DNA from: the human T2T-CHM13v2.0 reference genome, Homo sapiens
Assembly (NCBI RefSeq): GCF_009914755.1
Contig: NC_060926.1
Direction: 5' to 3' (one strand)
DNA: 64,000 nt
Position 1 is the first letter of the stretch, and every line of letters begins with the position of its first letter. The notes under the pieces are model-generated. The model searched no databases. It saw only the letters and a program-made list of their open reading frames with translations, and was not told the origin of the DNA. Below, in pieces: positions 39,452 through 53,670 of this stretch. Both the position numbers and the translations under genes were made by a program.

Positions 39452-40799
39452 GAAGGTAACTAAAAATGCCCACACTTGAAAAACCAAAACCAAAAATGGG
39501 GGTAATCCTGCTTTTCACCAAATCTGGGCAAGTATTAAAGTATACTAGAGCTGGAGTTTTAAAAGTTCTGATTACCTTTACATGAACTAATAGGAAATAG
39601 CTATCTTTTTCTCCCTAAATTATTACTGGGGTAGCATCCTCTCCTTCCAACTGACTGCTTCAATTCACCTTCCCAGTCGGCTGCTGTTGCTGCTCTGATA
39701 GCCATAGCCAACAGCTCCACTTATATAGATTACCGTTTTGTTAGAACAATCTTTATCAGCCTATGTTAGCTTTCTCTTGAATCACTTGAAGAGGAGTCTT
39801 GAGTCTTCCCTTAGAGTGTGCTAAGGATTTCAGTTTTTAAAAAATGAGTTGGATTTCAATAAAAGTGTGACTATTAACATAAGTTATTTCAAATATTTCA
39901 TGCAAAGTTGCATACTTCTGGGGCTCAGAGTTTGGAAAGAACATCAGAACACAGAACTGCTGAATTTGTGTGCACAGACACAAAACCTTAAATCAGCTTA
40001 AATTCATTGTGCTAGTCTAACTTCTGTGATGTGAACAATATATATATATCATATGGCCAAGTGTTTTTATCAAATTTTCAATAACCTATTTTGTATTATT
40101 TATATAATAGCACATGGAACTTAGTGGTTAGAATATTAATACTAACTAAAAAACATACCTAGTTACTTTTTCTTAGAACAGAAGATAGATGATTCTCTTC
40201 TAAGAACACTAAATGGGAAATACTAGGTAATATTTTCCCATGCCCCAGTAATAGGAAATATAATAGAATTTGGTAAAAAAGAAAATTTGCTTTTGGTGTG
40301 ACTGCAACCGGCCAAATGAAATCACATATCTGCCATTCAATGCAGAAATCAGTTTGTGTGGTAAAAAAAAAAAATACTTCCAGTAATCATGAGCTGTTTT
40401 ATTCTTCTTTTCATTGTTTTTTGTTTGTTTGTTTGTTTGTTTGTTTTCTTAAGAACCAAAGGTACAGAGCATAGGTTTCCCAGCACCCATCATGAAATAA
40501 TATTCCGGAGGGTAATATCCTTTTTTCATGTGGATAGGTTAGAGTTGTTGCCAAGCGATCATTATTTAATGACTTCTGCCAAAGTAGTTTACATCGTTGT
40601 CCTGAACTGATGGATGTCTCTATCAGGAGAAAACAGCTGTGGTAGGTTTCCTTGTTACTAATTTAAACAAGGCCCAAGAAGAAAGGCCCAGTGAGACAGA
40701 TGTTTCAGTAGAAAGATTCCCTTATTAACAAATAGTAATTAAGTGTACTATGTACTATGGGGTAAAAGAGAAAGGAGTAGGTCTGTTATCTAGAAAGTA

Positions 40800-41012
40800 T
40801 ATTGGCTTTGTGGTCAGAAAGGACCAGTCTCAAGTCCTCACTCTACCATTACTAGTTACATGAGCCTGGACAAATTCCCAAGCTTTTTTGAAGCCTCAGT
40901 TTTCCTATCTGTGAAATGTGGATATTATCTTCCTCATTGAGTTTTTTTTTAAATGATTTAAATGAAACAAAATATGTAAACTGACTTAAAATAGACACTT
41001 AATAAATATTAG
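40800..41012 (+). mobile_element. MIR SINE
   Basis: GCCTCAGTTTTCCTATCTGTGAAATG...ACTTAATAAATATTAG. Confidence 0.75.
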
Positions 41013-41325
41013 TGTTCTTTCCACATGCACACTGCTCATATTCCTCCCGTCATCCTCCACAGCTTATATTACAACGGGAGAGAGAAGGGCATTGTAGAGT
41101 ACCGTGCAGGGGCATGTGATTGGTATCATGCAAGAGAGAGACTCAGTACTCTGTAAAGGGTCACACCAGCCTGGTGACTTAGGAAGAAAAATAAAACTGA
41201 ATGGGGACTAATCTCAACCGTCCTCACTTGATGGGACACCTGTACCCTACTTCTAGTTCCAGATTATGCATGAGTACCCATGGCTCTATGCATAACTCTG
41301 GCCCAGCCCTTCTTACCCTGCATTT

Positions 41326-41360
41326 TGTGTGTGTGTGTATGTGTGTGTGTGTGTGTGTGT
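41326..41360. repeat. (TG)n microsatellite with one interruption
   Basis: Read directly. Confidence 0.95.
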
Positions 41361-42509
41361 ACAAATCCTTGGTTTCAATGCCCTTCCCTTGTACATTCCT
41401 ATGTTCTCTGGTCTACCTCCATAGAGCAGGTAAAAATAAATGGTCATAGAATGAATGAATGGAATGAGTGAGCTATACTAAGAACTGTCACTTTTGGAAA
41501 TATCTAATGGAGAAGAGCATTCTAGGAAGAGTGACTTGCAACCAGCTTTCTCTCCCCTGTTTAAGGTAAATTTAGTAAATTGTGCCTGCCATGCTTTGTT
41601 ATTTGCTGTGGGCAAATGGTTAAGAGGCCATTGCAATGATAGATTGTTTTTCTTTAGGCTCAGGCCCATGAAGAGGAGCAGGTTAGAGCACATTTCACTA
41701 AGATTCCACCAGCATCTTCACTTCATTGTAGGAGCCATGAGCAGGGTTCAGCTCTGCTCCTCATTTTACTGATTCTGGACCTGAGGCCCAGAGGGCACCG
41801 GCCACCGGCTCCCTCTTGCCTAGCCCACAATGCTGGTTGGAATGGTGATGAATAGGAACCAGCTCTTCCAATTCAGCTTAAACAAAATGAAACAAACCAT
41901 CAAACAAACATTACCATTTGCTTTCTATGAGTCATTATTCTGGCTGTGTTTATTTATGGCCAAGCAGAGACCAACTGGTCAGTATTGCTCACTAAAGGCC
42001 TCTTAACCACCAGCTGGGCCACCAGGCGGAGAGACTAACTGAACCGGCTACAGTAAAAATCAAACTGTTTCTGTCACTGACCCAACATTTATTCCAGATA
42101 CAGGATAACAGCTTTTATGTGATCATAAGTTTGCAGGAACAAGAAGTTAGAAGAATGTAACTGTTGCAGGCATAAACCGGTTTTCCCCAAAGTTAATGAG
42201 GCTTAAGCTTCTGGGCTTCTCACTTGTGTACAGACCCCACCCATACAAGGCCTTGGAAGGGTCTTAGCAATGTGGTCACAATATCATATGCTTTGCAACA
42301 TTTCCAAAAGTTAGATATTTTTGTATTATTTTCCCTGAGAAAGATCTTTGCTCCTGCCTCCACCCTGATTATATGAGCTTCAGGCTCCAGAAAAATCTAG
42401 ATCTGACCCTGGTTATGGGGTATTTTTCTCAAATTCTGATTGCTTAAAGAAAGAACACATAAAAATACTCCTTGGGCCAAAAATGGTTCATTTCCCCTGA
42501 TTTCGATGT

Positions 42510-42880
42510 TCCCCTCCTCTCTTTTAGAAACAGCATCCCATAACTTTTAGCTGGGCAGTCTGGCTCAGCTAGAGAGTGTATTTCCCAGCTTCCCTTGCAG
42601 TTAGGTGTGGTTATGTGACTATATTTGAGTCAATAGGATGTGAGCTAATGTGAGAATGCACAAATTCTGGGCCTTAAAGCCTAAGCTACATGTCCTAAAC
42701 ATCCCTCTTCCTCCTTCCCACTGGCTGGAAAATGGTGATAACTTGAAGCCACAGGTGCAGGAGGGTAAGACTGCTCTCCCTGTCCTGGCCTGCTCACTCC
42801 AGACACAGGTATGAAAGAAATTAAGTCACTTAACTTTTGAGTCTATTAGTTATAGCAGTTTAGACTGTACCCTAATGAAT
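42510..42880 (+). mobile_element. Old MLT1 (H/I/J-like) LTR
   Basis: TATTTCCCAGCTTCCCTTGCAGTTAGGTGTGGTTATGTGACT. Confidence 0.7.
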
Positions 42881-45040
42881 TCACTTCCTCCTTCTTCCTG
42901 TCAAAGGAAATAAACAAAACTGAAATCCGACCCAGTAAGAATTTATCTCCATAATTACTCCTGAGCCTATGAACTACGAGTGAGTTTGTTTAAGATAGGC
43001 AAAGCTCTAGAAGTGTCCTTATTGATAGATCCTCTCAAGTTCTGTTGTCCTTACATTGTAAAGAGCACTGGACGAGCAGGTAGGGGATGAGGATTCTGTC
43101 ATTTATAGGTACAGAGCAGGCACTCTGGCTCTCTGGGTCTTTTTATCCTTGACTGTGTGTATTGTGAGTAATTATTATTTCAACAGGGTCTTGGGAAGCT
43201 CAAATAAATCCATATATGAGATAGAACTTAAATTTTATATGTATTATTTTACTTTATTTATTCTTGAAATATCTAACAAACTTAATAATGACACAAACCT
43301 GTTAGTTTGTTGTAACAATTTATTCAGTGTTTAGCACCAGCCCTGCACCTTGTAAGCATGTAAGTGGTGATTTACTGTTAGAAATGATAGCTTTTGCTGT
43401 TTATAATACTTTGCTATTAATAATAATAATGTATATCAAGTATTTTAAAACTGTAAAACTGCACAAATGCCTGTTTTTGAGCTTATTCTACAAAAATATA
43501 AGCACTTATTATTGTCAGATATGATGCAATAAAAGTAACTTAGGCAATATTTACAAGATACAAGTCTAGAGTGTAGTGGACATGAGAGAGGATGGCTGTG
43601 CAGCTCATAGTACCCTTAGTGACCCTGTCTGCGGTTTCATCCCTAGCTCCTGACCTCATCTGATTGGTTCAAGGATAGAGATTTTAGACCCAAGCTGGGC
43701 CAATCAGGTTCCCTATCTTGAGAGACTGAAGATGGGTGGAACCGAGTCTGGGGCTCTGAGAGGGAGGTCACTGGTACTGTCTGAGTTTCTGCTCTTCTCG
43801 CCCTCCTCTCCATGAGCTGTATCCTTCCCATAACCTGCTTCTTGCATTAGCCAGAGTCTGTTTCTCTGGCTTGTACCCAAAGAATCTTGACTGATACCTA
43901 TAGGGAAACAATGTTTGCTCTTCTCAAGTGCCTGCCTTGAGATTACATGCCTCTAAGATTTGTATAGAGGACAATAAGAATAAGAGCTTATTGATAAGGC
44001 TGAACAAAACTGGGGAAACAATATAAATCCAAAAATTTTTGAAAATTTTATCCAGCTTTCTTCAAATTATTGACTTGGCAGGTATAATGAAAAATATTAA
44101 AGCCAAGTAGAAATGTTTTTCTTATCAAGTTATAAAACTATATGAGACTAAACAAAATCAAATTAAGGCTAAATTAATACATTTTGTGTAGAGAAAATAA
44201 ATACATGATTAAATGTTTCATGGTATCTTTACCTAAGACCACGATGCAGGAGAACCTTGACCCAATTGTAGCAATGTGTGAGCCACCAGAGAGCCTCACT
44301 CTAGCACTCTTCCAAGAGGGAGGAGTTTGGTGGGCTATGGGCCTGTCTTGCCCTCCAAGGAGTGCTTTATCGCTAATGTACCAAATGCGCTAATTATAGT
44401 GCCGTTTTCTCTTTAAGGCAGTTCTTGAGCACAACCTCTTGAGAATAGTCTATCTCTGCCACTTGTAAAACTGCTATGAAGTGGGTTTTGAAACATAAAC
44501 AATTACATGGATAATATATGTGGGAATAGACTATTGTTAAAATAAAAATTATATTTATCTTCAGTGGCATAAAATGGAATGTGTCCTTTGCCCTGGTCAC
44601 ACTTTATCTGTCCCCTCCATTTTATAGGGATTTTTTTTTCTTAAATAAATCTTTCCCAAGCATAATAAAAATCTCATTGATCCTTTCTTTGGGGACGTTC
44701 ATAACCAGATCTTTGATGAAATGCCCCATAATGGTTCTAAATGAGGTGTATTGAACTGTTTTGTCAATTCATTGCAGGAACAGTGGCATTGCCAATATTA
44801 AGCACGAGGTAAACAGATCTTATAAAAAGTACTACAGAAGGAGTATAATGTTTGCCTTTTAAAGCCACTGTTTTATATTTTAGATCTTTTAAATATAGTT
44901 TGAGAATGTTCAACACTATTAGATAATGAAACTAAAAATGCCATTCAATGTAAAGCCCCGCTAACAAGGCTTGGCTTTCTGTGAAGGGTATTGCCAGACG
45001 TTCCCTTTTGCTTCTCTACCTTTCACAGCTCCCCAGACAA

Positions 45041-45170
45041 CATTCATCCCTTCATTCATTTACTCAGTCACCCATCCAATCATTCCTTCATTCATTCACT
45101 CAGTCACCCATCCAATCATTTCTTCATTCATTCAACTATTGTTTATTAAATGCTCGCCACGAGCCATGAG
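45041..45170 (-). repeat. L2 tail with 36-bp tandem duplication
   Basis: CTTCATTCATT(T/C)ACTCAGTCACCCATCCAATCATT(C/T) about 2.3 copies from 45050, followed by TGTTTATTAAATGCTC. Confidence 0.85.
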
Positions 45171-46424
45171 GGGAACATATTTGAACTCAGCTTTGAATAT
45201 GTCTTTGTTTCCAAAAAGTGTGTCTCTCAAGGTACACTGCCCATATGTATTTCTTACACTCACTGGTCTCCCCTGTGTTACTGGGAAGACTCTTTAACCC
45301 TCATTAAATGAATAAATCCCTGCTGCTGGTCATAGGGAGGACACCATAAATGCAGCTTCTCGAGAAGCAGTTCTATCTTGAACTGATGCTTGCAGTTGAG
45401 AGGCCTTCATGAGTTTCAGTTTGGGCTCGCATCTGAAACTCCATTTTGTTTTCTTCCTTGCCATATCTCAGATTAGTAGTTATCAGCACCTCTCCTGTCT
45501 CATTTTTACCTGCTCCCCAGGGCCTCCTGTAGTGACTTGCATGTTTGCAAGCCCCATGGCCTGTTTCTTCAAGTTGGGACATCCTAAACACATCCTCAAA
45601 ATTGATAAAAATCTGTCTAGCAGTTTTGGTATGATGTGGTGACAAAAAAGATAGAAACTTAACTTTAGATGTGTGAAACAAAGATAAAGCTTGGTAGTAT
45701 GCTACAGAGAATTCCTGCAGGTTCAAAATGAGTTCAAGTGTGTGGCAACAAGGCTCTCTCCCTTTTGATGCAGATTCAGGAATTTGGATGCCATGAATTT
45801 CAATAGCATCAGCTTTGGTTTCAAGCGCCTGTTTCAGGGCTCCTCCCCGACTTTCCACCATCTGGAATCTGAGTGGTTAATGGGAGAGGCTGTAAATACC
45901 GAATCATTTTGTCTTCTCCTTGTCTGTCCCTGCAGTGGGGTTTGTTCACATGAAAGCTACATTCTGCAGGAAAGGCATCATGCACCAAGGAGAAAAATGG
46001 CATTTCTTGTCAACTTTGACTTTTTCACACACTTTCTCCAAATTCTACTCTGAGAGACTGTGATAACTTTTTTTGAAAGTCAGAATCTGAAGGAAAAGCT
46101 GCTTTCCAACTAGCTACAGGGGCATTTCTTGAGATGTAAAGTTGTGATTACACGTGAAAAAGTCTGACCATACTATGAATTATTAATTAACATTGATGTC
46201 CTATCACTCAGACAGTGCATTTATAGTTAGATATAAGTTAGAGCAAGTCAGCCATCCTAATTGGCACTCTGGAGGGAAGGAGACTCAGACAATCCCTGCA
46301 GAAACCCCTTCTGCTCTAGGGATATGGCGTCTATTTACCCTCCAGACAGTATTAATTCTTGCAAATATCTGGACAGCTTGTTGTTCCAGTGCCAGCTTTC
46401 ACAAATTGCAGTATAAAGGAGGAC

Positions 46425-46885
46425 CAGTTATTTATTGTTGGGTAACTAACCACTCAAGAGATAGCGGTGTGAAACAACAACCATTAATTTCTTGATTTTG
46501 TAATTTGTGCTGGGTTCATCTCCATGGTTCTTCTGCTTATCTTGCCTCCTGGAGTCGCCTATGTGGCAATTGATTGGTGGGTTGCTTGGAGGCTGGCTGG
46601 TGGGGACCATCTCATTCATATGTGAGTGAATTGCTGGAACAGCTTGCTGTCTGGGCCTCTCTACTTGGCCTTATCCTCAAGGAAGCTAGCTTGGGCTTTC
46701 CTATATGGTGATAGCGGTGTTTCAAAAGAGTGAGAGTGGAAGCTGCAAGATCTCTTAAGGCCTGGGCTTGGAAGCCTCACAACAACACTTCTGTTGGTCA
46801 AAGTAAGTCACAAGCGCAGCCCTGATTCAAGGAGTAGGAAAATGGATTCCATCTCTTTAAGAAAAGAGCTGCAAATAATTCATGG
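46425..46885 (-). mobile_element. Old MLT1 (F/G/H-like) LTR
   Basis: GTGAAACAACAACCATT...GGAAGCTGCAAGATCTCTTAAGGCCTGGGCTTGGAA...TTGGTCAAAGTAAGTCACAAG. Confidence 0.75.
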
Positions 46886-47102
46886 CCCTGCTTCATCTAC
46901 GCAGGTAGGAGGAGTCAGTGTTAGAGCCATTGGCCCCTATAAATGTGGGCTGCTGGGATGTTTCTTTAATGTCAGGTGAAAATTCACTTTGGGAAAGGAG
47001 TTGCAAAGTGAGCCCAGGTTATGGTCTTTCTACTGTCAGATCAACCCTTGGCAATAAGCTCCTGCACTCTTGCCAGATGATTTTTCTAAGATTCAACTCT
47101 GA

Positions 47103-47444
<342 letters not shown>

Positions 47445-47525
47445 TATAATTCTCATTCTTTAGCATGGCCACTCACAGTCTGGCTCTTGTCCACCTTTGA
47501 ATCATCTCTCATGATTTCCCCATGA

Positions 47526-47846
<321 letters not shown>

Positions 47847-48501
47847 TGCAGTATCTATTTGTCCCATGTGCTTGTATGCTTTGGTGCAGTTCCTGATGCC
47901 TAGAACCTCCTTTCTAGGTTTGTTAAGGATCAGGTGGCTCGCAAAGCTTTCTGCAAGACAGCCTCAGCTAAGTTAGGCTCCCCTCCCTGCACTCCCCTCT
48001 GGTGTCCACAGCATCCTGTGTGTGAGGGCTGGTCTCCTTGACCTCCGCTCCACCAGACTGCAAGTCCCTTGAAGGCAAGAACTATGCCTTATTTCTCTCT
48101 GTTGCTCCTAGCCCAGTGTTGGGCATGTAAAGGGAGCTTGAAATATGTCAGCAAACATATGATTATATAGTAAAATCTCTTTGGGATTTATTTCCTACTG
48201 TTTTTGATAAAAAGACCCCAACTGTCCTTTGGGCTCCCCAGGATGTACAAATATGGAGACACACCATGGAGCAGTCTCCAGGCTTGTTTGTGGGTCATGA
48301 GAGATCCTGGTATTTCTCACCACTTCCAAGGCTCTGCCTGGCCCCTCTTCCCAGCACCAAGGTCTCTGGATTCTTTCTTTTTCTTTCTGTATTTTAGAAT
48401 TATGCCATCACATAATCCTTATCAGTGAAAAGTTCTTTTTGGGTGTAAAAGAAACCATCAAGAAGTGGCAAAACAAACAAACAAAAAAAAAAGCAATATT
48501 A

Positions 48502-48921
<420 letters not shown>

Positions 48922-50019
48922 TCAGGTGTCATGCAGTGGTCCAAAATGGCCCTTACGCATCTATAGTGGACTGAGGAAAATCACTCTCCATCCATGTCAG
49001 GCCATGACCACCCTGATCATTCACTGAGGCCACCTGGGCCTTGTCACAGCCACTGGCAGCAAAGGCAGCTCACTGTGCTCTTTCACCATTCAACAGCTGC
49101 TCCAGGAGAAGGTGTGGTAAGGAGGAGTCAGGCCAGAGGAAGTGAGAAGGAAATGAGAAGAGGTGATGGCATGGGGGTGAGAGATGGAGCAAGGAGAGGG
49201 AAGGAGGGGGTCAGGCCTGCTTTCCCCTTCTGTTGCCCTGAGCGTGGCCAATCTGTTTCTCCTCTGTGATTTCTTTATCGTCTGGGCTGTCAAGGGTAGA
49301 ATTTCCAGTTTTCTCTGGCACATATTATAAAGTATTGGGGACAGAGGAGTATTGAACTTGAAGCTCCGTAAACCTTGCAAATTTCAGCCCATAACTGATT
49401 TTCTAATAGTGCTGTTAATGTTTTTTCCTTTCAAAACCCTCAATCAATGTTGATTACCAAAGGCTTCTGTGTCTCTCCAAAAATAGCTGAACTTGCTTTT
49501 TGGGGGAATGTTTGAATAAATATTTGCTCTTATATGATACTATACACTAAGTCTTTAAATAAAACTGGGTTTAAATGAAACCAAAGGGAAGAATCATAAC
49601 CTTTTACCCTATGCCAGTCACCGTGCTAAGTTTTTTGTGTGCCTTATTTCATTTATCCTCACTTCACCTCTGTGAGGTAGCATCTACTGGTATTATCTCC
49701 TGATGGGGAAATGGATATTAGTGTGATTGAGTTGGTTTAGTAAGGCCACACAGATAGTGATGGAAAGAGCTGGAAATATCCTACTTCTGCATAACCAAGT
49801 GCTCCCAACCACTTCCCTAAATGAATATAGGTCAATATATATGTGTACATATATCAGTCCTCCTCACCCAGTACCAATTTTTATTGAACATGTACTATGT
49901 GCCAAGGACTAGACTAGATACCTTCCAAAGGTCTTCACATTTCATTAAAATAGCCACTCACTAGCTGAGTTTGTATACAACTATTGCCCCTTCTCTACTA
50001 AGAGATAACGTAACATGTT

Positions 50020-50235
50020 GATTTAATACTTGGACTTTGGTTTCAGACAGGCTGGGTTCAAATCTTGACTTGTCTATGTGCTGTTTATTGCATATTCTGG
50101 CAAGTTACTTAATTTCTCTGTGCCTCAATTACCTCTCTGTGACAACACATAAGAGTAGTATCCACGTTATGAGGTTTAAAGGACTTAAAATTTCAAGAAT
50201 GCCTAGAACAGTGACAGATACCACCTAAGTTCTAT
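50020..50235 (+). mobile_element. MIR SINE
   Basis: CAGACAGGCTGGGTTCAAATC...GGCAAGTTACTTAATTTCTCTGTGCCTC. Confidence 0.8.
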
Positions 50236-51135
50236 AGGAGTTTGATTAATAAGTGAACTGGCTTTTAAAACATGGCTCAGGCTGCAAAGAGAATAGGGTG
50301 AATAGTGAACTCTTGCTAGAGAATAACTCCTGCAAGAAAGATATTTAAAAGAAAATGAAAAAAAAACTATCAAATTACAAAATCTATCACAAGTTTAAAA
50401 TGAGAATATTACCCACATGTGTCTACGGAGCTGTGAAGTGTGAGAGTAATGAGCTAAACTGTCTAAGTTTATTCAAAAAACAAAAGTAATAGGTCTCTTA
50501 AAATGTTTAAATAACAATGGCTGGTGATACTGGATCTTGGTTTTGAGAGGAGAACACTGTTGTCCACTTCTGAATTATTTGCTTCCAAGATGTTTTTGGA
50601 TTGTCTAAAACAGGGTTAATTATTTCAGCTAATGAGTGGATTATTTATTATAATTATTTATGCACTGCCAGGGGAACATGAGGTGCTTTCCACACAGGCT
50701 TAAGTTGCCAAGGAACACAGTTGACCCTTGAGAAATTAAATAACTGGAGGCCAGTTTTATACTGATACACATATGCATTATTGATGCAGGCTTTTATGAG
50801 ACAGTCTAGAAATGTCTTGTGCCCTTTGAGTTGATCATGAAAATCAGGCAAGCCTATCTTGAAACTTTTGTGGGCATGTATTCAACCTTCTTCATAATCT
50901 ATATTTAATTTCCTTGACAGTCATCTTTCCTCAGATTTTGCTTTTAATCCTTGCTATAAGAACCACTACTCATCAAAATGTCCATTTTCATAAGAGGTGG
51001 GAGGAAGGCTTCCTAGAGGGGAGTGTCTGCTTTGAAGGAGGAAGCAGAGGGTTAGAGAAATCAAAATATCAATTATCTGTAAGGTCGGCTGCTGCAGAGC
51101 AAAGCTATAAAACCGAGAGAGTTTACTGCAAAAGG

Positions 51136-51167
51136 GTGCCCCCTGCTGGGGACTCTTTGAACTGCAC
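51136..51167 (-). promoter_or_regulatory. CTCF binding site (core plus upstream motif)
   Basis: Minus strand reads GTGCAGTTCAAAGAGTCC-CCAGCAGGGGGCAC: consensus core, with TGCAG ending 12 nt upstream of the core. Confidence 0.75.
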
Positions 51168-51951
51168 GGTCATCCGTTCTGAAGATTTAGCTCAGCTCAG
51201 CCCAGAAACCTAATGCAGCTGCTGGAGAGGGGCCTCCTTCCCCCAGCACACAACTCGTGGTCCCAGACATCTCTCCCAGATGTTTCTTTATGACCCGTCA
51301 AAATGTTTGCTAAATATCATCTGTTAATTTCCCAAACATCCTGGCTCTAGTTCTTTTATGTGTAACCTGATTCAAGATCTTAAAATAGCTGACAGCAAAA
51401 TAAAATATAAAATAAAACATGAAGGTGCATTTGTCCTGAAACATCAACAAAGTGTGCTGTTCAGTAGGATTCCAATCTCAAAGGACATTTATTCATCACG
51501 ATGGCAGACTGGTCAGGTGTTTGGCGATCATCCCTAGTCTTCAGCTTTTTAATCATGAGATTTTAAAAAATGTCACCATCTGTAGGGAGAGCTATTGGTC
51601 TCAACCTCAGTTTGTTGTGGTGGCAGTCACTCTCCACCCTCAGCAAGTACCTCACAGCAGGACTTTGGTGCAATTGTTAAGGAGGTAGCATTGCTGCTGT
51701 CAGCCTCTCTTCGTGGATGAGGTCTGGCAATTTCTCCTCTGAGGCTGGTACCAGGCTCCATTTGATGAAAGAATTCACATTCCTCCTAAGGACTGTTTGG
51801 ATTGTAAGACGGGATTCGTGGATGGAAAAGTGCTTACTGCAAAAGGAGTTTCTAGTGATGAAATACTTTCATCTGGAGAAATGGAAATGGTGGAGCCCAC
51901 CCATCAAATCACACACCAGGGTTTCTCTACCCCTCAGTGGATAGAGGATCA

Positions 51952-52054
51952 GTTGCCATGGCAACCAAACCTTCAGCAGTTGCCCTCCAGACAGTGTAGG
52001 CTGGTTCTGGCAGGAGGGCTGACGTCAGGAGGTGGGAGGAAGTGGGGAGGAAGT
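51952..52054. promoter_or_regulatory. Candidate enhancer: RFX X-box + CRE + ETS
   Basis: GTTGCCATGGCAAC 51952-51965; TGACGTCA 52020-52027; GAGGAAGT 52047-52054. Confidence 0.6.
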
Positions 52055-52414
52055 CCACCCTTGAGGCCAGGCTGCTCAGGCCCTTAACACACCCACAAGT
52101 CCCCTGGATAGAGGGAAGTAGGTCCAGCTGCAGCTCTGCTCCAGGAAGCTGGGAGCCTGCAGCTGGTCTGGGAACCTTTTGTGCTAAGGGAGGTCTGTGA
52201 AGACAAGCAGTCACTGATTATAGGATATTTCATCAGAGCAGCTGCAATTGATCAGCTCCTGAATCAGTGCCTCTCAGAAGGTCCACCCTTAGAAACTTCC
52301 CAAGCTGCGTGCGTCACACATTATCTGAAAGGCTCTACTACTGTCACAGTTGTTTTAAAGGGAAAGGCAACCTTAAACAAAAATTTTCCCCTAAGCAGCT
52401 GTTAGGATAGGTAA

Positions 52415-52582
52415 CTGATTCTCTGTGTTCCGTAGACTAGCAGCATCATGTCACCTGGGAAACTGATGGAAATGTGCCCCATCCCAGACATACTGAGGAA
52501 GAAACTTTAGTATACGGCCCAGGAATCTGTGTTTGCACAAGCTCTCTGGGTTATTCTGATACACACTACAGTTTGAGTACCA
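52415..52582 (+). mobile_element. MER5A
   Basis: GACTAGCAGCATC..TCACCTGGGAA...GGCCCAGGAATCTGTGTTT..ACAAG...AGTTTGAGTACCA. Confidence 0.8.
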
Positions 52583-53179
52583 AGGAAATGGGTAATAAGT
52601 ACATAATTTCATTAATACAGGAATATATAATGGAAACGAGTTGGGTGGGGGGGAGGTGAAATGGTGAACCAAACCCTCTCTAACTAAGATGAGGCCACAT
52701 GTAGGTTCTTCATGCACAGAACCTATTGGTTTCCTCTTCTTCTGGAACCTAGCCCATCTTTAGTGTCCTGTTGAGTCTGGACAGATAGCAATACTGTCCC
52801 CATCTTTGACATCATTCTTATGGAAGACACCAATGTATTCAATGATGATCAGCTTTCTAGTGGAGTTTCCAATAGCCCATTGCAGGGAAACACAGGGACT
52901 GCCAAATTGCTCGAGAGCTTTCTAAAGCCATTCACAAGGTATCTCAAACCAGCTACATAAAGGAAAACTTTGGCTTCAGTAACTGTGATAGGCTTCAGAA
53001 GATAGTTGTAGGATGAGTGATCACAATGAACTATTATTAAGAGGCTGACAATTTTTTCACAGGGCACTGTGGTGTTTAGAAGGTTGTTTTGATCCTTATC
53101 TTTTTAGCCATTCGAAAAGTGCTTGGCCCAGGTCACTCTTAAAAAGGAGGACCTGAGTAACAGCTGCCCTTGATGGAGG

Positions 53180-53670
53180 GCTTACTATCTACTAAACCAG
53201 CACAACAATCCAACTTCTCACTCAGTTCTCACCACATCCCTATAAAGTAGGTGCTTTTAATTTCCCCTATTGAGCAGTGAAAGAAAATGAGCCAGATGAG
53301 AAGTAACTTGCCCAAATTCCCAAAGCAAATAAGGGGCCACTCCAGGATTAGAACCCTGAGTAGTCTGACTCCAGAGACCATGGAATTAACCACAACCTCC
53401 CTGAAGCCCTAGACCAAAGGCCACCTCCTTTCCAGATCTCTGTAGAAACCACCTCTTCCTCTGTATACCACTCCTAATATTGCCACTGATAATTTGCAGA
53501 ATTTTACATTGATGATCTCATTTTATATTCACAACAGTCCTATAAAGTAGACAGCTGTATCAAGGTTCCTATGTTACAGATGAGGAAACTGAGGTTCCAA
53601 CTAGCCCAGCAGCCTGTCTGAAATTATAGTTCATACGAGGCTGAGCCAAGGTTCAGACTTGGAAGCACAT
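53180..53670 (-). mobile_element. Two MIR fragments
   Basis: GAAGTAACTTGCCCAA; TTACAGATGAGGAAACTGAGG. Confidence 0.7.

Noticed and set aside
44778-44808. Possible 31-nt microexon (TTGCAG|...GAG|GTAAAC)
   Set aside because: Weak pyrimidine tract and frameshifting length; such matches are common by chance
45373-45861. 162-aa ORF in unique sequence
   Set aside because: Non-ATG start, no recognisable homology or supporting splice structure
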